Assembly (NCBI GenBank): GCA_963818965.1
Contig: CAWFUG010000011.1
Span: 160,001 to 224,000, forward strand
Direction: 5' to 3'
DNA length: 64,000 bases
Origin: an uncultured Verrucomicrobiae bacterium
GTDB taxonomy: Bacteria > Chlamydiota > Chlamydiia > Chlamydiales > Rhabdochlamydiaceae
The notes beneath the pieces are model-generated. The model was not told the origin of the DNA. It searched no databases and was given only the letters and a program-made list of their open reading frames with translations. Below, piece by piece: positions 28,402 through 39,122 of the stretch; within the stretch, counting starts at the first letter, position 1; every line of letters starts with the position of its first letter. Position numbers and translations under genes: made by a program.

Positions 28402-28920
28402 TCACGTTTGGTATATATAGATTCCAGGTAGATTGCGGTAATATTCTTTGTAGTCGAGACCGTAACCGATCACGAAATGATTTTCAATCTCGAAGAGGAC
28501 GTAGTCGGGGTAATAGGATATTTTTCGAGGTGTTTTTTTGACTAAAAGAACCAAAGACTTGAGAGTTTTGGGAGGGTTCTTTTTCAGCTCAGAAACGATA
28601 TGAGAGAGTGTGTGCCCTGAATCGAAGATGTCGTCGACCAGAAGGATATTTTTGCCCTCGGTTACAATCTCTTCAATCCCCGACGTGCTTAAAGCTCCCT
28701 TTTCAGTACCGCCCTGCCCATAGCTGCTCGCCTTTACCGACTCCAAAATACAAGGCATCTTCAATTGCCTCATGAGATCAGCGACGAGAAAAAGAGAACC
28801 CTTCATGACCATGACGAGGGTGAGTTCTTCTGTTTGGTACTCTTTATTTAAAGCATCAGCAATCGCAGAAATTTTTTGCGCGATTTCTTCTTGAGAAATC
28901 AGCTGCTTAAAAGTGGTCAT
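28402..28920 (-). CDS. hpt: hypoxanthine phosphoribosyltransferase
   Basis: LLVDDIFDSGHTL PRPP loop, FVIGYGLDY..YRNLP. Confidence 0.92.
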   Translation of the reverse strand: MTTFKQLISQEEIAQKISAIADALNKEYQTEELTLVMVMKGSLFLVADLMRQLKMPCILESVKASSYGQGGTEKGALSTSGIEEIVTEGKNILLVDDIFDSGHTLSHIVSELKKNPPKTLKSLVLLVKKTPRKISYYPDYVLFEIENHFVIGYGLDYKEYYRNLPGIYIYQT

Positions 28921-28925
28921 AAGAA

Positions 28926-30290
28926 CTATTTAGGATTAAAGGAACACCCTTCTTGGATCAATTGGTCGATGTAGCTAATTACATAGTCCTTTCCAGAGAT
29001 GAACTTCGCATCTTCTAACATGTACAGATGGAAAGGGATGGTAGTATAGACGCCACCGACGTGAAATTCTTTCAACGCGCGCTTAGCAACTGCGAGTGCT
29101 TCCTCTCGGTCTTTCCCTTTGACGATGAGTTTGGCGATCATCGAGTCGTAATGGGAAGGGATCCGATAGCCGGAATAACAGGCGGTATCCACTCTGACGT
29201 GGGGTCCCCCAGGCAGGATGAAGTACTCGACGTGGCCAGGAGAGGGAGCAAAGTGATTAGCGGGGTTTTCCGCATTGATCCGGAACTGGATCACATGCCC
29301 ATCTAAAACCACATCTTTTTGCTTGAGTTTTAGCTTTTCTCCCATGGCGATCTTGATCTGTTCGCGCACGAGGTCGACTCCGGTTAACTCTTCTGTGACG
29401 GTATGTTCGACCTGAATGCGTGTATTGACTTCCATGAAGTAGAAATTTTGTGCTTCATCGAGTAAAAATTCGACAGTGCCTGCAGAATGGTATTTTGCAG
29501 CACGTGCGATTTCAACCGCAGCTTCCCCCATTTTCTTGCGCAAGGAAGCACTTAAAATCGGGCTGGGAGCTTCTTCGATGAGCTTCTGGCGTCGTCTTTG
29601 GATCGTACAATCCCTCTCTCCGAGATAGAGATAATTGCCATGCTTATCCCCTAAAATCTGAATTTCGATGTGTCGGGGATTGACGACCATTTTTTCTAAA
29701 TAGACATCTGGGTTGCCGAAGTTTACATCCGCTTCCGTGCGCGCTGCTGCGAATTGGCGCACGAACTCATCGGGATCATAGGCGATGCGGATCCCTTTAC
29801 CCCCGCCACCTGCAGAGGCTTTGATGAAGACGGGAAAACCGATCCGCCGCGCTTCTTCTAGGGCTTCATGGGCCTGTTCGATGACGCCATTGCTCCCAGG
29901 AATAACGGGACACTTGACGCTCTTGGCAGTGGCTTTGGCTTTGGCTTTATCGCCTAAAAGAGCGATCGTCTCCGCAGTCGGGCCGATGAAGTTGATCCCA
30001 CAGCTAGCACAAATCGAAGCGAAATTCGCATTTTCACTTAAAAAACCAAAACCGGGGTGAATTGCATCTGCTCCTGTAATCTCACAAGCAGAGAGGATAT
30101 TGGGAATTTTTAGATAAGACTTTCCCGCGGGAGCTTCTCCGATGCAAATCGCTTCATCCGCATGCAAGACGTGCAAAGCTTCTGCATCTGCCTGGGAATA
30201 GACAGCGACGGTTTGTAAACCCAAATCGTGACACGCTCGAATGATGCGGACGGCGATCTCTCCGCGATTGGCGATGAGTATTTTTTGCAT
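28926..30290 (-). CDS. accC: acetyl-CoA carboxylase, biotin carboxylase subunit
   Basis: ILIANRGEIAVR, GGGGKG, MEVNTRIQVEH. Confidence 0.97.
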   Translation of the reverse strand: MQKILIANRGEIAVRIIRACHDLGLQTVAVYSQADAEALHVLHADEAICIGEAPAGKSYLKIPNILSACEITGADAIHPGFGFLSENANFASICASCGINFIGPTAETIALLGDKAKAKATAKSVKCPVIPGSNGVIEQAHEALEEARRIGFPVFIKASAGGGGKGIRIAYDPDEFVRQFAAARTEADVNFGNPDVYLEKMVVNPRHIEIQILGDKHGNYLYLGERDCTIQRRRQKLIEEAPSPILSASLRKKMGEAAVEIARAAKYHSAGTVEFLLDEAQNFYFMEVNTRIQVEHTVTEELTGVDLVREQIKIAMGEKLKLKQKDVVLDGHVIQFRINAENPANHFAPSPGHVEYFILPGGPHVRVDTACYSGYRIPSHYDSMIAKLIVKGKDREEALAVAKRALKEFHVGGVYTTIPFHLYMLEDAKFISGKDYVISYIDQLIQEGCSFNPK

Positions 30291-30296
30291 GATTTT

Positions 30297-30815
30297 TTAT
30301 ACTATTCTGATGATTTTCGTGCCGAACTCGACGGGGTGAGCGTTATCGACGAGGATCTCGGCGACGGTTCCGCTCATGCCAGCCTTCACTTCATTCATGA
30401 CTTTCATCGCCTCGATGATGCAAACCACGGTGTTGTCATCGACGCGATCTCCCACTTTGAGAAAGGGAGGATCATCAGGAGACGGCGAACTGTAATAGGT
30501 CCCTACTAAGGGGGATACCACATACTTACCCGCTTTCTCCTCTTTAGCTTCTGTTTTGGAATGGGATTCTTCGTTGTGAGATTTAGGTGGTATTGTTGAA
30601 GATTGCTTATGGATCCCTTCATGTTCTCTATGAGGAATGGTCCCGTGAGAATAAACAGGGGGATAGAAAGCTGCGACTGGAGGGGCAGCGTGCGGCGCAT
30701 GCTCGTCCTGGCGCTCGAGATGCAGCTCATCCCCGCTTTTTTGCTTGATCATCAACTTCTTAATGCCCGCTCTTTCCATGGCGGTCATCAATTCCTTGAT
30801 TTGCTTTAAATCCAC
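30297..30815 (-). CDS. accB: biotin carboxyl carrier protein
   Basis: SPLVGTYY, EAMKVMNE. Confidence 0.96.
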   Translation of the reverse strand: MDLKQIKELMTAMERAGIKKLMIKQKSGDELHLERQDEHAPHAAPPVAAFYPPVYSHGTIPHREHEGIHKQSSTIPPKSHNEESHSKTEAKEEKAGKYVVSPLVGTYYSSPSPDDPPFLKVGDRVDDNTVVCIIEAMKVMNEVKAGMSGTVAEILVDNAHPVEFGTKIIRIV

Positions 30816-30826
30816 AACTCCTCCGA

Positions 30827-31384
30827 TTAGACTCTTTGTATAAATTCATTGGTCTGGGTATCGACTTTGATCACATCGCCAGACTCGACAAACATCGGCA
30901 CTTCGATCTTCGCTCCCGTTTCCAAAATGGCGATCTTGGTCGCATTGGCCACATGGGCTGCCGTTTCACCCTCTTCCGTTTTTACGATGATGAGTTCCAA
31001 AAATTGGGGTAATTCGACGGAAAAAATCGAATCGCCATAGAACATCGCCTTAATCTCTGTCCCTTCCTTTAAGAAGTGGATCTTATCCCCGATGACTTGT
31101 GAGGGCACCAACACCTGTTCGAGATCGCCGATGTCTAAAAAGAGATAATCTTTCCCTTCCAAATACAAGAACTCTAAGCGCTTTTCTGCTAAGGAAACAT
31201 CTTGGAGTGACTGGTTCAGCTTAAAATTTTTCTCGACGACATCTTCAGAGAGGAGATCTTTGAGCTTGGTCTTGATGAAAGGAACGCCTTTAGCAACAGT
31301 GACCTTGACGCACGATTCGACGCGGTAAATCTTTCCCTCTAAAGAGAGGGTCATTCCGGGGACTAATTGGTTGCTCGTAATCAT
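30827..31384 (-). CDS. efp: elongation factor P family protein
   Basis: ATKIAILETGAKIEVPMFV..GDVIKVDT; position upstream of accB as in Chlamydiae. Confidence 0.9.
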   Translation of the reverse strand: MITSNQLVPGMTLSLEGKIYRVESCVKVTVAKGVPFIKTKLKDLLSEDVVEKNFKLNQSLQDVSLAEKRLEFLYLEGKDYLFLDIGDLEQVLVPSQVIGDKIHFLKEGTEIKAMFYGDSIFSVELPQFLELIIVKTEEGETAAHVANATKIAILETGAKIEVPMFVESGDVIKVDTQTNEFIQRV

Positions 31385-32052
31385 GATTTAAAACACTTTA
31401 AAATTAAGGAAACTTCCTTCAAGGAAGAAATAGTGTAGTCCACATCGCTTTTCATTCCTACTGAGTTCATTCCACGCCCCCAACGCACGTGGACCGTCTT
31501 AAATCCGAGTTCTTTCGCTGGTGTCAAGTCTACGGAGATCCTGTCCCCACAGACGACGACCTGAGAGGGAGAAAACCCCAACTCTTCGACGATGACTTCG
31601 TAACGAGATCTTTTACATTTCTCTTCTGAAATGGCGATTTTACTAAAAATTCGGGAATCTATACCAGCTTTTTTCAATTTCTCCATCTGTTGGGACACAT
31701 CTCCGTTGGAAACGAGCGCAAGTACATGGTGTAAAGAGAGCGTATGGAGCAGCTCTTCTGCCCCTTCCACGGTAAAAATCGGCGATGAGAAAGTGGCATT
31801 TTTGTAGATCTCGTGTGCCCCGATTTCCAAAAAACGGCGCTCTGCTCCCAAAATCTCTAAAAATTCCAAAAGAGTGTCCCGCGCATTTTCAGAGGCGCGG
31901 TCTAGTCGGCGCAAAAGGGCAAGCGCCTCTGAAAACTCAGAGATCGGAAGTCCCTCTTTTTGCATTGCGAGAAGAGCATCCTCTAATCGATGGTATGTGA
32001 TACACCCCGTCGTATCAATGAGCGTATCATCTAAATCAAAGATGATTAACAA
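31381..32052 (-). CDS. HAD-family hydrolase
   Basis: FDLDDTL, VSNG, GDRISVD. Confidence 0.9.
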   Translation of the reverse strand: MLIIFDLDDTLIDTTGCITYHRLEDALLAMQKEGLPISEFSEALALLRRLDRASENARDTLLEFLEILGAERRFLEIGAHEIYKNATFSSPIFTVEGAEELLHTLSLHHVLALVSNGDVSQQMEKLKKAGIDSRIFSKIAISEEKCKRSRYEVIVEELGFSPSQVVVCGDRISVDLTPAKELGFKTVHVRWGRGMNSVGMKSDVDYTISSLKEVSLILKCFKS

Positions 32053-32998
32053 CTTTCATTAACTCTTGTGCTAATTTTTTAGGATCGTGCCGAATCAAAC
32101 TGCGCTTTAATAAATCCTTCTTAGGCGCTTCTTTTGGTTCACCGAGGAAAGAGGCTAAGATGACTCTACCATCTGTCAAATCATTCTCGACGAGCTCCCC
32201 CTCTTCTCGGTAGACATCGATTAATTCTTGAGGGGGTTTTTGATCATTGACCAAGATATAATCGAAAATATCTTCGCCGATAAAGCGGGCGATCTCATCG
32301 AGATAGTGACTCACCTTAAATCCTGTCGTCTGCCCCTTACGATTCATCAAATTGACGACAAATAGTTTTTTAGCATCAGAACTGCGCAATGCCTCACTCA
32401 CCCCTTCGATTAAAAAATTGGGAATGAGCGAAGTATGCAATCCTCCTGGCCCGATCACGATCATATCTGCGTTGGCGATTTCATTGATCGCATGGGGATT
32501 TGCCTTCGGAAAAGGCTCTAAATAGATACTCTTATAACCTTGATCGATCTCTTGAGAGAGGTAGATCGCCTTCTCCCCTTCTAAAAGCTGCCGATTATTG
32601 AGCAACATCTTAAGGCGCACCTGGTGCGTCGTAACGGGGATGACTTTTCCTTTAATGAAGAGGATTTTTCCCATCTCCTCGACAGCTTTTTCAAAACTCC
32701 CTGTCACTTTTTCCAGAGCAGATAAAAGGAGGTTGCCAAAGCTATGCCCTTCTAACCCTCCGTTTTCAAAACGGTAGTTCATCAAAGAGCGCATCATGTT
32801 AGAAGAATTTGAAAGCGCAACCAAACACTGTCGAACGTCTCCTGGTGGCAACACTCCCAGCTCATCGCGCAAAATCCCCGTGCTTCCCCCGTCATCCGCC
32901 ATCGAGACGATTGCGCTGAGATCGACATTGTAATTCTTAAGCCCCCTCAAAATGGAGAAATTACCCGTCCCACCGCCAATCACGACGATTTTTTTCAT
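32036..32998 (-). CDS. YvcK/GlmR (CofD-related) family protein
   Basis: IGGGTG, ADDGGSTGILR, PPGDVR, GHSFGNL, RHDPKKL. Confidence 0.9.
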   Translation of the reverse strand: MKKIVVIGGGTGNFSILRGLKNYNVDLSAIVSMADDGGSTGILRDELGVLPPGDVRQCLVALSNSSNMMRSLMNYRFENGGLEGHSFGNLLLSALEKVTGSFEKAVEEMGKILFIKGKVIPVTTHQVRLKMLLNNRQLLEGEKAIYLSQEIDQGYKSIYLEPFPKANPHAINEIANADMIVIGPGGLHTSLIPNFLIEGVSEALRSSDAKKLFVVNLMNRKGQTTGFKVSHYLDEIARFIGEDIFDYILVNDQKPPQELIDVYREEGELVENDLTDGRVILASFLGEPKEAPKKDLLKRSLIRHDPKKLAQELMKVVNHL

Positions 32999-33672
32999 CT
33001 CGACCCCAGTTGTTGCAACTCTCGAATCGCTTGCGCCATGTCTGGAAATTGAAAGAGATAGGAGCCTGAAACCAAATTGTTCGCCCCTGCCTCAACACAC
33101 TGCTTGGCCGTTTCGAGATTGATCCCTCCATCGACCTGAATGTCAACCGCATGCAAATTAAGCTGCTCGCAAATTCCGCGCGCAAATCGGACCTTCTCTA
33201 ATACCTCCGGCATAAAGGCTTGCCCTCCAAAGCCGGGGTGGACAGTCATTAAGAGGATCAGATCGCACTTGTCTAAATACTTAACGATCAATGACTCTGA
33301 AGTCTCGGGGCAAAAGCTCAAACCCGCCTGCGCATTGCAGCGCCGGATAAAGTTAAGCGTATCTTCGACGTCCTCAGTCGCTTCCAAATGAAAGGTGATC
33401 CGATCCGCCCCCGCTTGGACGAAGCGCTCGATGTAATCATAGGGGTTGTAAATCATGAGGTGGACATCGAGGAAAAGATCTGTCGCGCGATTGATCGCTG
33501 CAACAGAACGAGGTCCCAGACTTAAATTGGGAACGAAATGACCATCCATAATGTCGATATGGATCGCATCTGCACCCGCTTCCTCCACCCTCTTTGCCTC
33601 TTCTGCCAGCCGTCCAAAATCGGCAGAGAGGATGGAGGGTTCTACTTGTATCTTACGTTGTTTCTTTTTCAT
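32995..33672 (-). CDS. rpe: ribulose-phosphate 3-epimerase
   Basis: PSILSADF, HIDIMDGHFVPN, DVHLM, VDGGI. Confidence 0.97.
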   Translation of the reverse strand: MKKKQRKIQVEPSILSADFGRLAEEAKRVEEAGADAIHIDIMDGHFVPNLSLGPRSVAAINRATDLFLDVHLMIYNPYDYIERFVQAGADRITFHLEATEDVEDTLNFIRRCNAQAGLSFCPETSESLIVKYLDKCDLILLMTVHPGFGGQAFMPEVLEKVRFARGICEQLNLHAVDIQVDGGINLETAKQCVEAGANNLVSGSYLFQFPDMAQAIRELQQLGSR

Positions 33673-33749
33673 TGTTCCAAAATAAAGAGAAGTTACTTGG
33701 GTATACCTTGTCTACCCCTCAAATGTCAAGAAAAGAGGGAAAAAGCATG

Positions 33750-35741
33750 TCAACAATGACAAAAACTTTCTTTATAGGACACTATCCAACACTCTTTTTT
33801 TTCCTGAGAGTCTTCCCGGTAAATTCCCCCTAAGAAAAAAGCACCGTAAAGAGGAACATTTAGACTTAAGACCTGAGAGGATCGTTTATGCAGCGACGCG
33901 ACCAACTCCTCATCCACGGGAGTTTCAGAGCGCCAAAGAAAAAAAGCATACTCATCATCGATCTGAGTCAAACACCTCTCTTCCCCTGCAATGCTCTTGA
34001 GTAAGATTTTGAATAAAATTTCGAGAGGCTCTATGGGAAAGACGCTGCGAAGCTCGATGGGAAAAATAGAGTGAAAAAAGTTTTCCAAAATCCACTCATC
34101 CTTCCGGTCCCATACTCTTTTTTTCAGAGCTAAATACTGCTCGTGCTGTTTGGCAATCATTCCCCCGTTGTAATCGCGAAATTGGCCGAGGACGCTTTCC
34201 AACTCTGTGACGAGAAAATAGCGAGCCTTGAATAGATCGACTGAGCAATCGGAGCGCAAAAAGGAAGCGATGGGGATCTTTACACGAAAGACAGAGGCTT
34301 CCTTGGGGAATTTTTTACGGATCAGCCCCATTTGTCGAATCCGCTCTAAGACAATTTTTAAAAGACAGGTGCTTTTTCCAAAAACTTCTTCAATCGGCAC
34401 ATCCCCTGGCTTTAGAATCCGCAGCCAAATCACTGTAAAAGAGAGCTCTGACTCCGTCTGCTCGTCAAAAGAGATGATTGCCTGTGGGAGGTCTCTAAAA
34501 AACCGGAGCTGATTCGAGAGAGTGATGATGTTGCGCATTACCTCTTCTTCATTGCGCGGCATGAAGAGAGAATGCGCCACTTTTTCAATCCCCGCTTGCA
34601 GTTCGATAGATAATTTCTCTTTTAAACCCTCCCTTTCTAACGTTGAAAAATCGGTAAGTTCCTCTTTTTCTACTTCGAAATAGAGCAACTGAATCCTTTG
34701 CTCAGCCTGATTCTGCTCGAGATAATCGCAAAAAAAAGAATCCTCTATGACGCGCAAATCGGGAAAACGATTGGTAAAGACCTGCAAGAGATGCCTTTGA
34801 TCAAAGAGCTCATGTTTCGCTTGTAAATTCAAGCCAACACAAACCCCCAAAACGCGTCTTTGCCCCAAGGGTAAATGAAGCGCCGTCTTATAGATCTTAA
34901 TTAGCAGAAGTCGCTGTGCTGCAATCTGATCCATCTGCAAGGCGATAGAGCGGCGAAACCAATAGAAGACATAGATGATCCGACTCATGTGAAAATAATC
35001 GCGTACCGCTTTGAATTCTTCGGGACACATGACTAAAAAATGTTGCATTTGAGAGAAAATAGAATGGTCGAAATGCTCAGGGTATCTCTCGACCAAGGAA
35101 GAAATTCGCTCTTGGATTAACGAGGTCTTCTCATCCGCCGACAGCCCCTTAATTTCTAAAATGCGGTTCGCATGGTAAACAGAAATGAGCCCCAGCCGAA
35201 TCTCCGCCTCCAAAGCACTCCATTGGGAGCGGATCGCCTCCCCTTCGGAAGGGTCTCTTAAGGAAATCGTCATCTCACACAGAAGAAAATAATTTTTCCC
35301 TATTTCGTAAAACTGAAAATTTGTCGCAAAGAAAGAGGCGGGATCGAGCTTTTTACCTGGCAACAACCATCGAGTGATCATTTCATAAAAAAATTTCACC
35401 GCGTTAGTGCGATGAGAAGAGAGCAGGTAGATAGAGATATTTTTCCCCTCTCCCCATTCTACCCAATGCAAAAGGGGCAGGGTCGCCACAAAAGATTCTA
35501 AAAAATTTTCCCCTTCCCCCCACTCATAAAAGAAATCGGCGGGAAGCAGGCGCTGGATGAGATGGGAAACCCGCCCCTCCTGGAGTAGGCTATCTGGCCT
35601 GCCTGGCCCGTCCAGAGCCGTCGCAACGCGAGGAAAAGTGCTCGTGAGCTCCATGCTACCCCTCAGCGTTGTTATACCCTGGCCAGCTTCAGGTTGGGTA
35701 TATAAAAACAGTTCTAAAAACCGCAAGAGGAATTTCCCCAT
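33750..35741 (-). CDS. hypothetical protein (start uncertain)
   Basis: 663-aa ORF divergent from rpsA; blocks such as FMPRNEEEVMRNII and FRDYNGGMI look conserved, function not recognised. Confidence 0.65.
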   Translation of the reverse strand: MGKFLLRFLELFLYTQPEAGQGITTLRGSMELTSTFPRVATALDGPGRPDSLLQEGRVSHLIQRLLPADFFYEWGEGENFLESFVATLPLLHWVEWGEGKNISIYLLSSHRTNAVKFFYEMITRWLLPGKKLDPASFFATNFQFYEIGKNYFLLCEMTISLRDPSEGEAIRSQWSALEAEIRLGLISVYHANRILEIKGLSADEKTSLIQERISSLVERYPEHFDHSIFSQMQHFLVMCPEEFKAVRDYFHMSRIIYVFYWFRRSIALQMDQIAAQRLLLIKIYKTALHLPLGQRRVLGVCVGLNLQAKHELFDQRHLLQVFTNRFPDLRVIEDSFFCDYLEQNQAEQRIQLLYFEVEKEELTDFSTLEREGLKEKLSIELQAGIEKVAHSLFMPRNEEEVMRNIITLSNQLRFFRDLPQAIISFDEQTESELSFTVIWLRILKPGDVPIEEVFGKSTCLLKIVLERIRQMGLIRKKFPKEASVFRVKIPIASFLRSDCSVDLFKARYFLVTELESVLGQFRDYNGGMIAKQHEQYLALKKRVWDRKDEWILENFFHSIFPIELRSVFPIEPLEILFKILLKSIAGEERCLTQIDDEYAFFLWRSETPVDEELVASLHKRSSQVLSLNVPLYGAFFLGGIYREDSQEKKECWIVSYKESFCHC

Positions 35742-35808
35742 TGATTATATTACGAAACTTTTGATACCCTCTCTGTTTTGAATAGAAACTGTAGGAGAAA
35801 CCTTTAAC

Positions 35809-37620
35809 ATGTCCAAACAATCTCACGCCGACTGGAATACCAGCAACATCATCGACGATGTCGAGTTCCACGAAGAAGACGCAAAGCAATTTAAAAAACT
35901 GCTCAATCACAAGGAAGAAACCGCCGGGGAAGGCTCTGTCTCCTCGATGAGCTCAGGCCAAATCCTCAAGGGGCGCATCGTAGAAATCACCAAAGATTTC
36001 GTCGTCGTCGACGTCGGATTGAAATCGGAGGGACTCGTTCCTAGCGATGAATTCAGCGATCCGAGTGAACTCTCTTTAGGCTGCTGAGATCGAAGTTTAC
36101 CTCGATCAGACCGAAGGTGCTGACGGACAGATCGTCCTCTCACGTGACAAAGCGCGTCGGCAAAGACAGTGGGAATACATCGTCCACCACTGTACAGAAG
36201 GATCAATCGTCAAAGGGAAAGTCATCCGCAAAGTTAAAGGCGGCCTCATGGTCGACATCGGGATGGAGGCATTCCTACCCGGCTCTCAGATCGACAATAA
36301 GCGAATTAAAAATCTCGACGAGTTCCTCGGTCAGACATACGATTTCAAAATCCTCAAGATCAATACAGATCGCAAAAACATCGTCGTCTCACGCAGAGAG
36401 CTTCTTGGAAGAGGAGCGCATTTCTCGCAAAGCAGAACTCCTCGAGAACATCCACGAAGGGGATGTTCGCCATGGCGTCGTAAAAAATATCACCGATTTC
36501 GGCGTCTTCCTCGACCTCGATGGAATCGATGGGCTCTTACACATCACAGACATGACGTGGAAGCGCATCAAGCATCCTTCTGAAATGGTCAACTTGGGTC
36601 AAGAAATCGAAGTCATCATCCTCCATGTCGATAAAGATAAAGGACGTGTCGCTCTAGGAATGAAACAGAAAGAGAGCAATCCGTGGGAAGAAATCGAACA
36701 GCGTTACCCACCAGGAACGCGTGTCCGCGGTAAAATCGTCAATTTAGTTCCCTATGGTGCTTTTATCGAGATCGAGCCGGGAATTGAGGGATTGATCCAC
36801 GTTTCTGAGATGTCTTGGGTGAAAAACGTCACCGATCCAAGCGAAGTCGTCAAAAAAGGAGATGAAGTCGAAGCAATCGTCCTCTCTGTTCAAAAGGAAG
36901 AGGGAAAAATCTCATTGGGACTGAAACAAATCGAGACAAAATCCATGGGACGAAGTAGAAAAGAAATACCCGATTGGAAGCAGTGTCACCGCAGAAATCA
37001 GAAACTTGACAAACTACGGGGCCTTTGTAGAATTAGAGCCGGGAATCGACGGTTTGATTCATATCTCTGATCTCAGTTGGATCAAAAAAGTTTCCCATCC
37101 TTCAGAAGTGCTGAAGAAAGGAGATAAAGTCGAAGCAGTCGTTCTTTCTGTAGATAAAGAGAGCAAGAAGATCACACTGGGCGTAAAACAGCTCAGCAGT
37201 AATCCTTGGGAAAACATCGAAAAGACGATGCCAGTCGGCTCTCTTGTCAAGGGAATCGTCTCTAAAATCACAGCGTTTGGAGCCTTTATCGAACTGCCTA
37301 ACGGGATTGAAGCACTCGTCCATGTGACAGAGTTGTCAGATCAACCCTTTGGAAAAGTAGAAGATGTCGTCAGCAAAGGAGAGGAAGTCACAGCAAAAGT
37401 GATCAAGCTCGATCCTGAGCACAAAAAAATTGCCCTATCGATCAAGGAATTCCTCGTCGATAAGAACAATGTCAATTACGATGACATCGTCGTCGGAGGT
37501 GCAAAAGCACGCGCTCCTAAAAAGGCAAAAAAAGCGAAGTCTCAAGAAGAGCACGCTGAAGATGAAGAAAGCAAAGAGCGCAGAGAGCAGCCTGAAGAAG
37601 AGACGGCCTCAGAAGAGTAG
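35809..37620 (+). CDS. rpsA: 30S ribosomal protein S1, split by three +1 frameshifts (near 36081, 36407, 36940)
   Basis: S1 repeats ([35 protein letters not shown]) continue across the frame changes. Confidence 0.92.
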
Positions 37621-37639
37621 AATTTTATTAACAAATAAA

Positions 37640-37801
37640 GGTAGTGCGAAACATGTAAGGCTCGAACCCTGCGAAGCGCAAGGCGTCAAGATGCAGGGTC
37701 GAACGACGAGTCCATAGCTGATAGGCTATAGATGAGGCGAGAGACGATGCAGATTGAGACCTTCCGCGAGCAGGGTTCAGCATTAGATGTTAAGGACTAC
37801 C
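37640..37801. mobile_element. palindromic MITE family B between rpsA and nusA with 8-bp target duplication
   Basis: Ends GGTAGTGCGAAACATGTAAGGCT / AGCATTAGATGTTAAGGACTACC resemble 28220-28391; CAAATAAA at 37632-37639 and 37802-37809. Confidence 0.8.
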
Positions 37802-37817
37802 CAAATAAAGGGATCAG

Positions 37818-39119
37818 ATGAATAAAGATCTTGTTGCTATCTTCGAATACTTAGAGAAAGAAAAGGGAATCAAGCGCGAGATTATTATCAGTGCCATTGA
37901 GGAATCTCTTCGTGTTGCCGCTCGAAAAAGCGTGAAGGGACTCATCAACGTCTCCGTCGAAGTCAATGGAAAGACAGGCGCTATTGAAGTCGTCGCACAA
38001 AAAGAAGTCGTCGAGCACGTGACGATTCCCGAAGAGGAGATCTCTTTAGAAGCAGCACGTCTCATCGATCCCAATTGTGAAATCGGCCAGTGGGTGGATA
38101 TCACCGTAACTCCTCAAGAGTTCGGCAGGATTGCAGCCCAAACCGCCCGCCAGGTGATCGCACAGAAATTGCGCGGAGCAGAACGAGATGTCATCTATGA
38201 AGAATACCGCCATCGAATCAATGAGATCATCTCAGGGACAGTTAAACGAACGATCCGGGGCGCTACCCTAGTCGTCGATCTCGGAAAAGTAGAGGCGATT
38301 CTCCCCGACCGATTTTATCCCAAATCGGAAAAATACAACGTCGGAGACAGAGTCCAAGCCCTGCTTCTCGAAGTGAGAGATACAGAAGGGGGAGGTGCAG
38401 AAGTCATCTTATCCCGCAGCCATCCCGAGTTCGTCGCACAACTTTTTGCACAAGAGGTTCCAGAGATCGACGAAGGCACAATCGTCATCGAAAGGATTGT
38501 CCGCGATCCCGGCTATCGGACAAAACTCGCCGTTGCTTCTCAAGATCCAAAGATTGATCCTGTAGGAGCCTGTGTTGGCATTCGAGGGAATCGCATCAAA
38601 AATGTGATTCGGGAGCTCAACAACGAGAAGATCGATGTGATCCCCTACTCTGATGATTCGACCACTCTTTTAAAAAGTGCGCTGCGTCCCGTTGAAATCA
38701 AAAAGATGTTTGTCAACGATGACAAAACGAGTATGACGATTATCGTCAGCGACGAGGACTATCCTGCTGCTTTAGGAAAGCGAGGAATGAATGCACGGCT
38801 CAATGGAGAGCTTGCTAATCTCGACTTACGTGTCCAGAAATGGACTCAGTACCAAGAAGCGATGAATTTAGAACACGCCCAATTGGCAACCGGTGCAGAT
38901 CCGACACTCGATCAACCGCTCACAGCTGACGACATCAGTGGACCTACTTTACAACCTGCTCTACAAAGAGGGATGATTGTCGATAGCTTGATCGAAGCAG
39001 GATTTGACACTCCGCGCAAGGTACTCAATGCTACCTCTCAAGAGCTCGCGAGCATTCCCGAAATCAGTATTGGAATGGCTGACAACATTCTAGAACAAAT
39101 CCGCAAAAACAGGGGCTAA
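37818..39119 (+). CDS. nusA: transcription factor NusA
   Basis: FGRIAAQTARQ, S1 and KH domains, DPVGACVG. Confidence 0.97.
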   Translation: MNKDLVAIFEYLEKEKGIKREIIISAIEESLRVAARKSVKGLINVSVEVNGKTGAIEVVAQKEVVEHVTIPEEEISLEAARLIDPNCEIGQWVDITVTPQEFGRIAAQTARQVIAQKLRGAERDVIYEEYRHRINEIISGTVKRTIRGATLVVDLGKVEAILPDRFYPKSEKYNVGDRVQALLLEVRDTEGGGAEVILSRSHPEFVAQLFAQEVPEIDEGTIVIERIVRDPGYRTKLAVASQDPKIDPVGACVGIRGNRIKNVIRELNNEKIDVIPYSDDSTTLLKSALRPVEIKKMFVNDDKTSMTIIVSDEDYPAALGKRGMNARLNGELANLDLRVQKWTQYQEAMNLEHAQLATGADPTLDQPLTADDISGPTLQPALQRGMIVDSLIEAGFDTPRKVLNATSQELASIPEISIGMADNILEQIRKNRG

Positions 39120-39122
39120 CCG

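Noticed and set aside
36081..36941. Programmed frameshifting in rpsA
   Set aside because: Three independent shifts without slippery heptamers or stimulators; sequencing error is more parsimonious.
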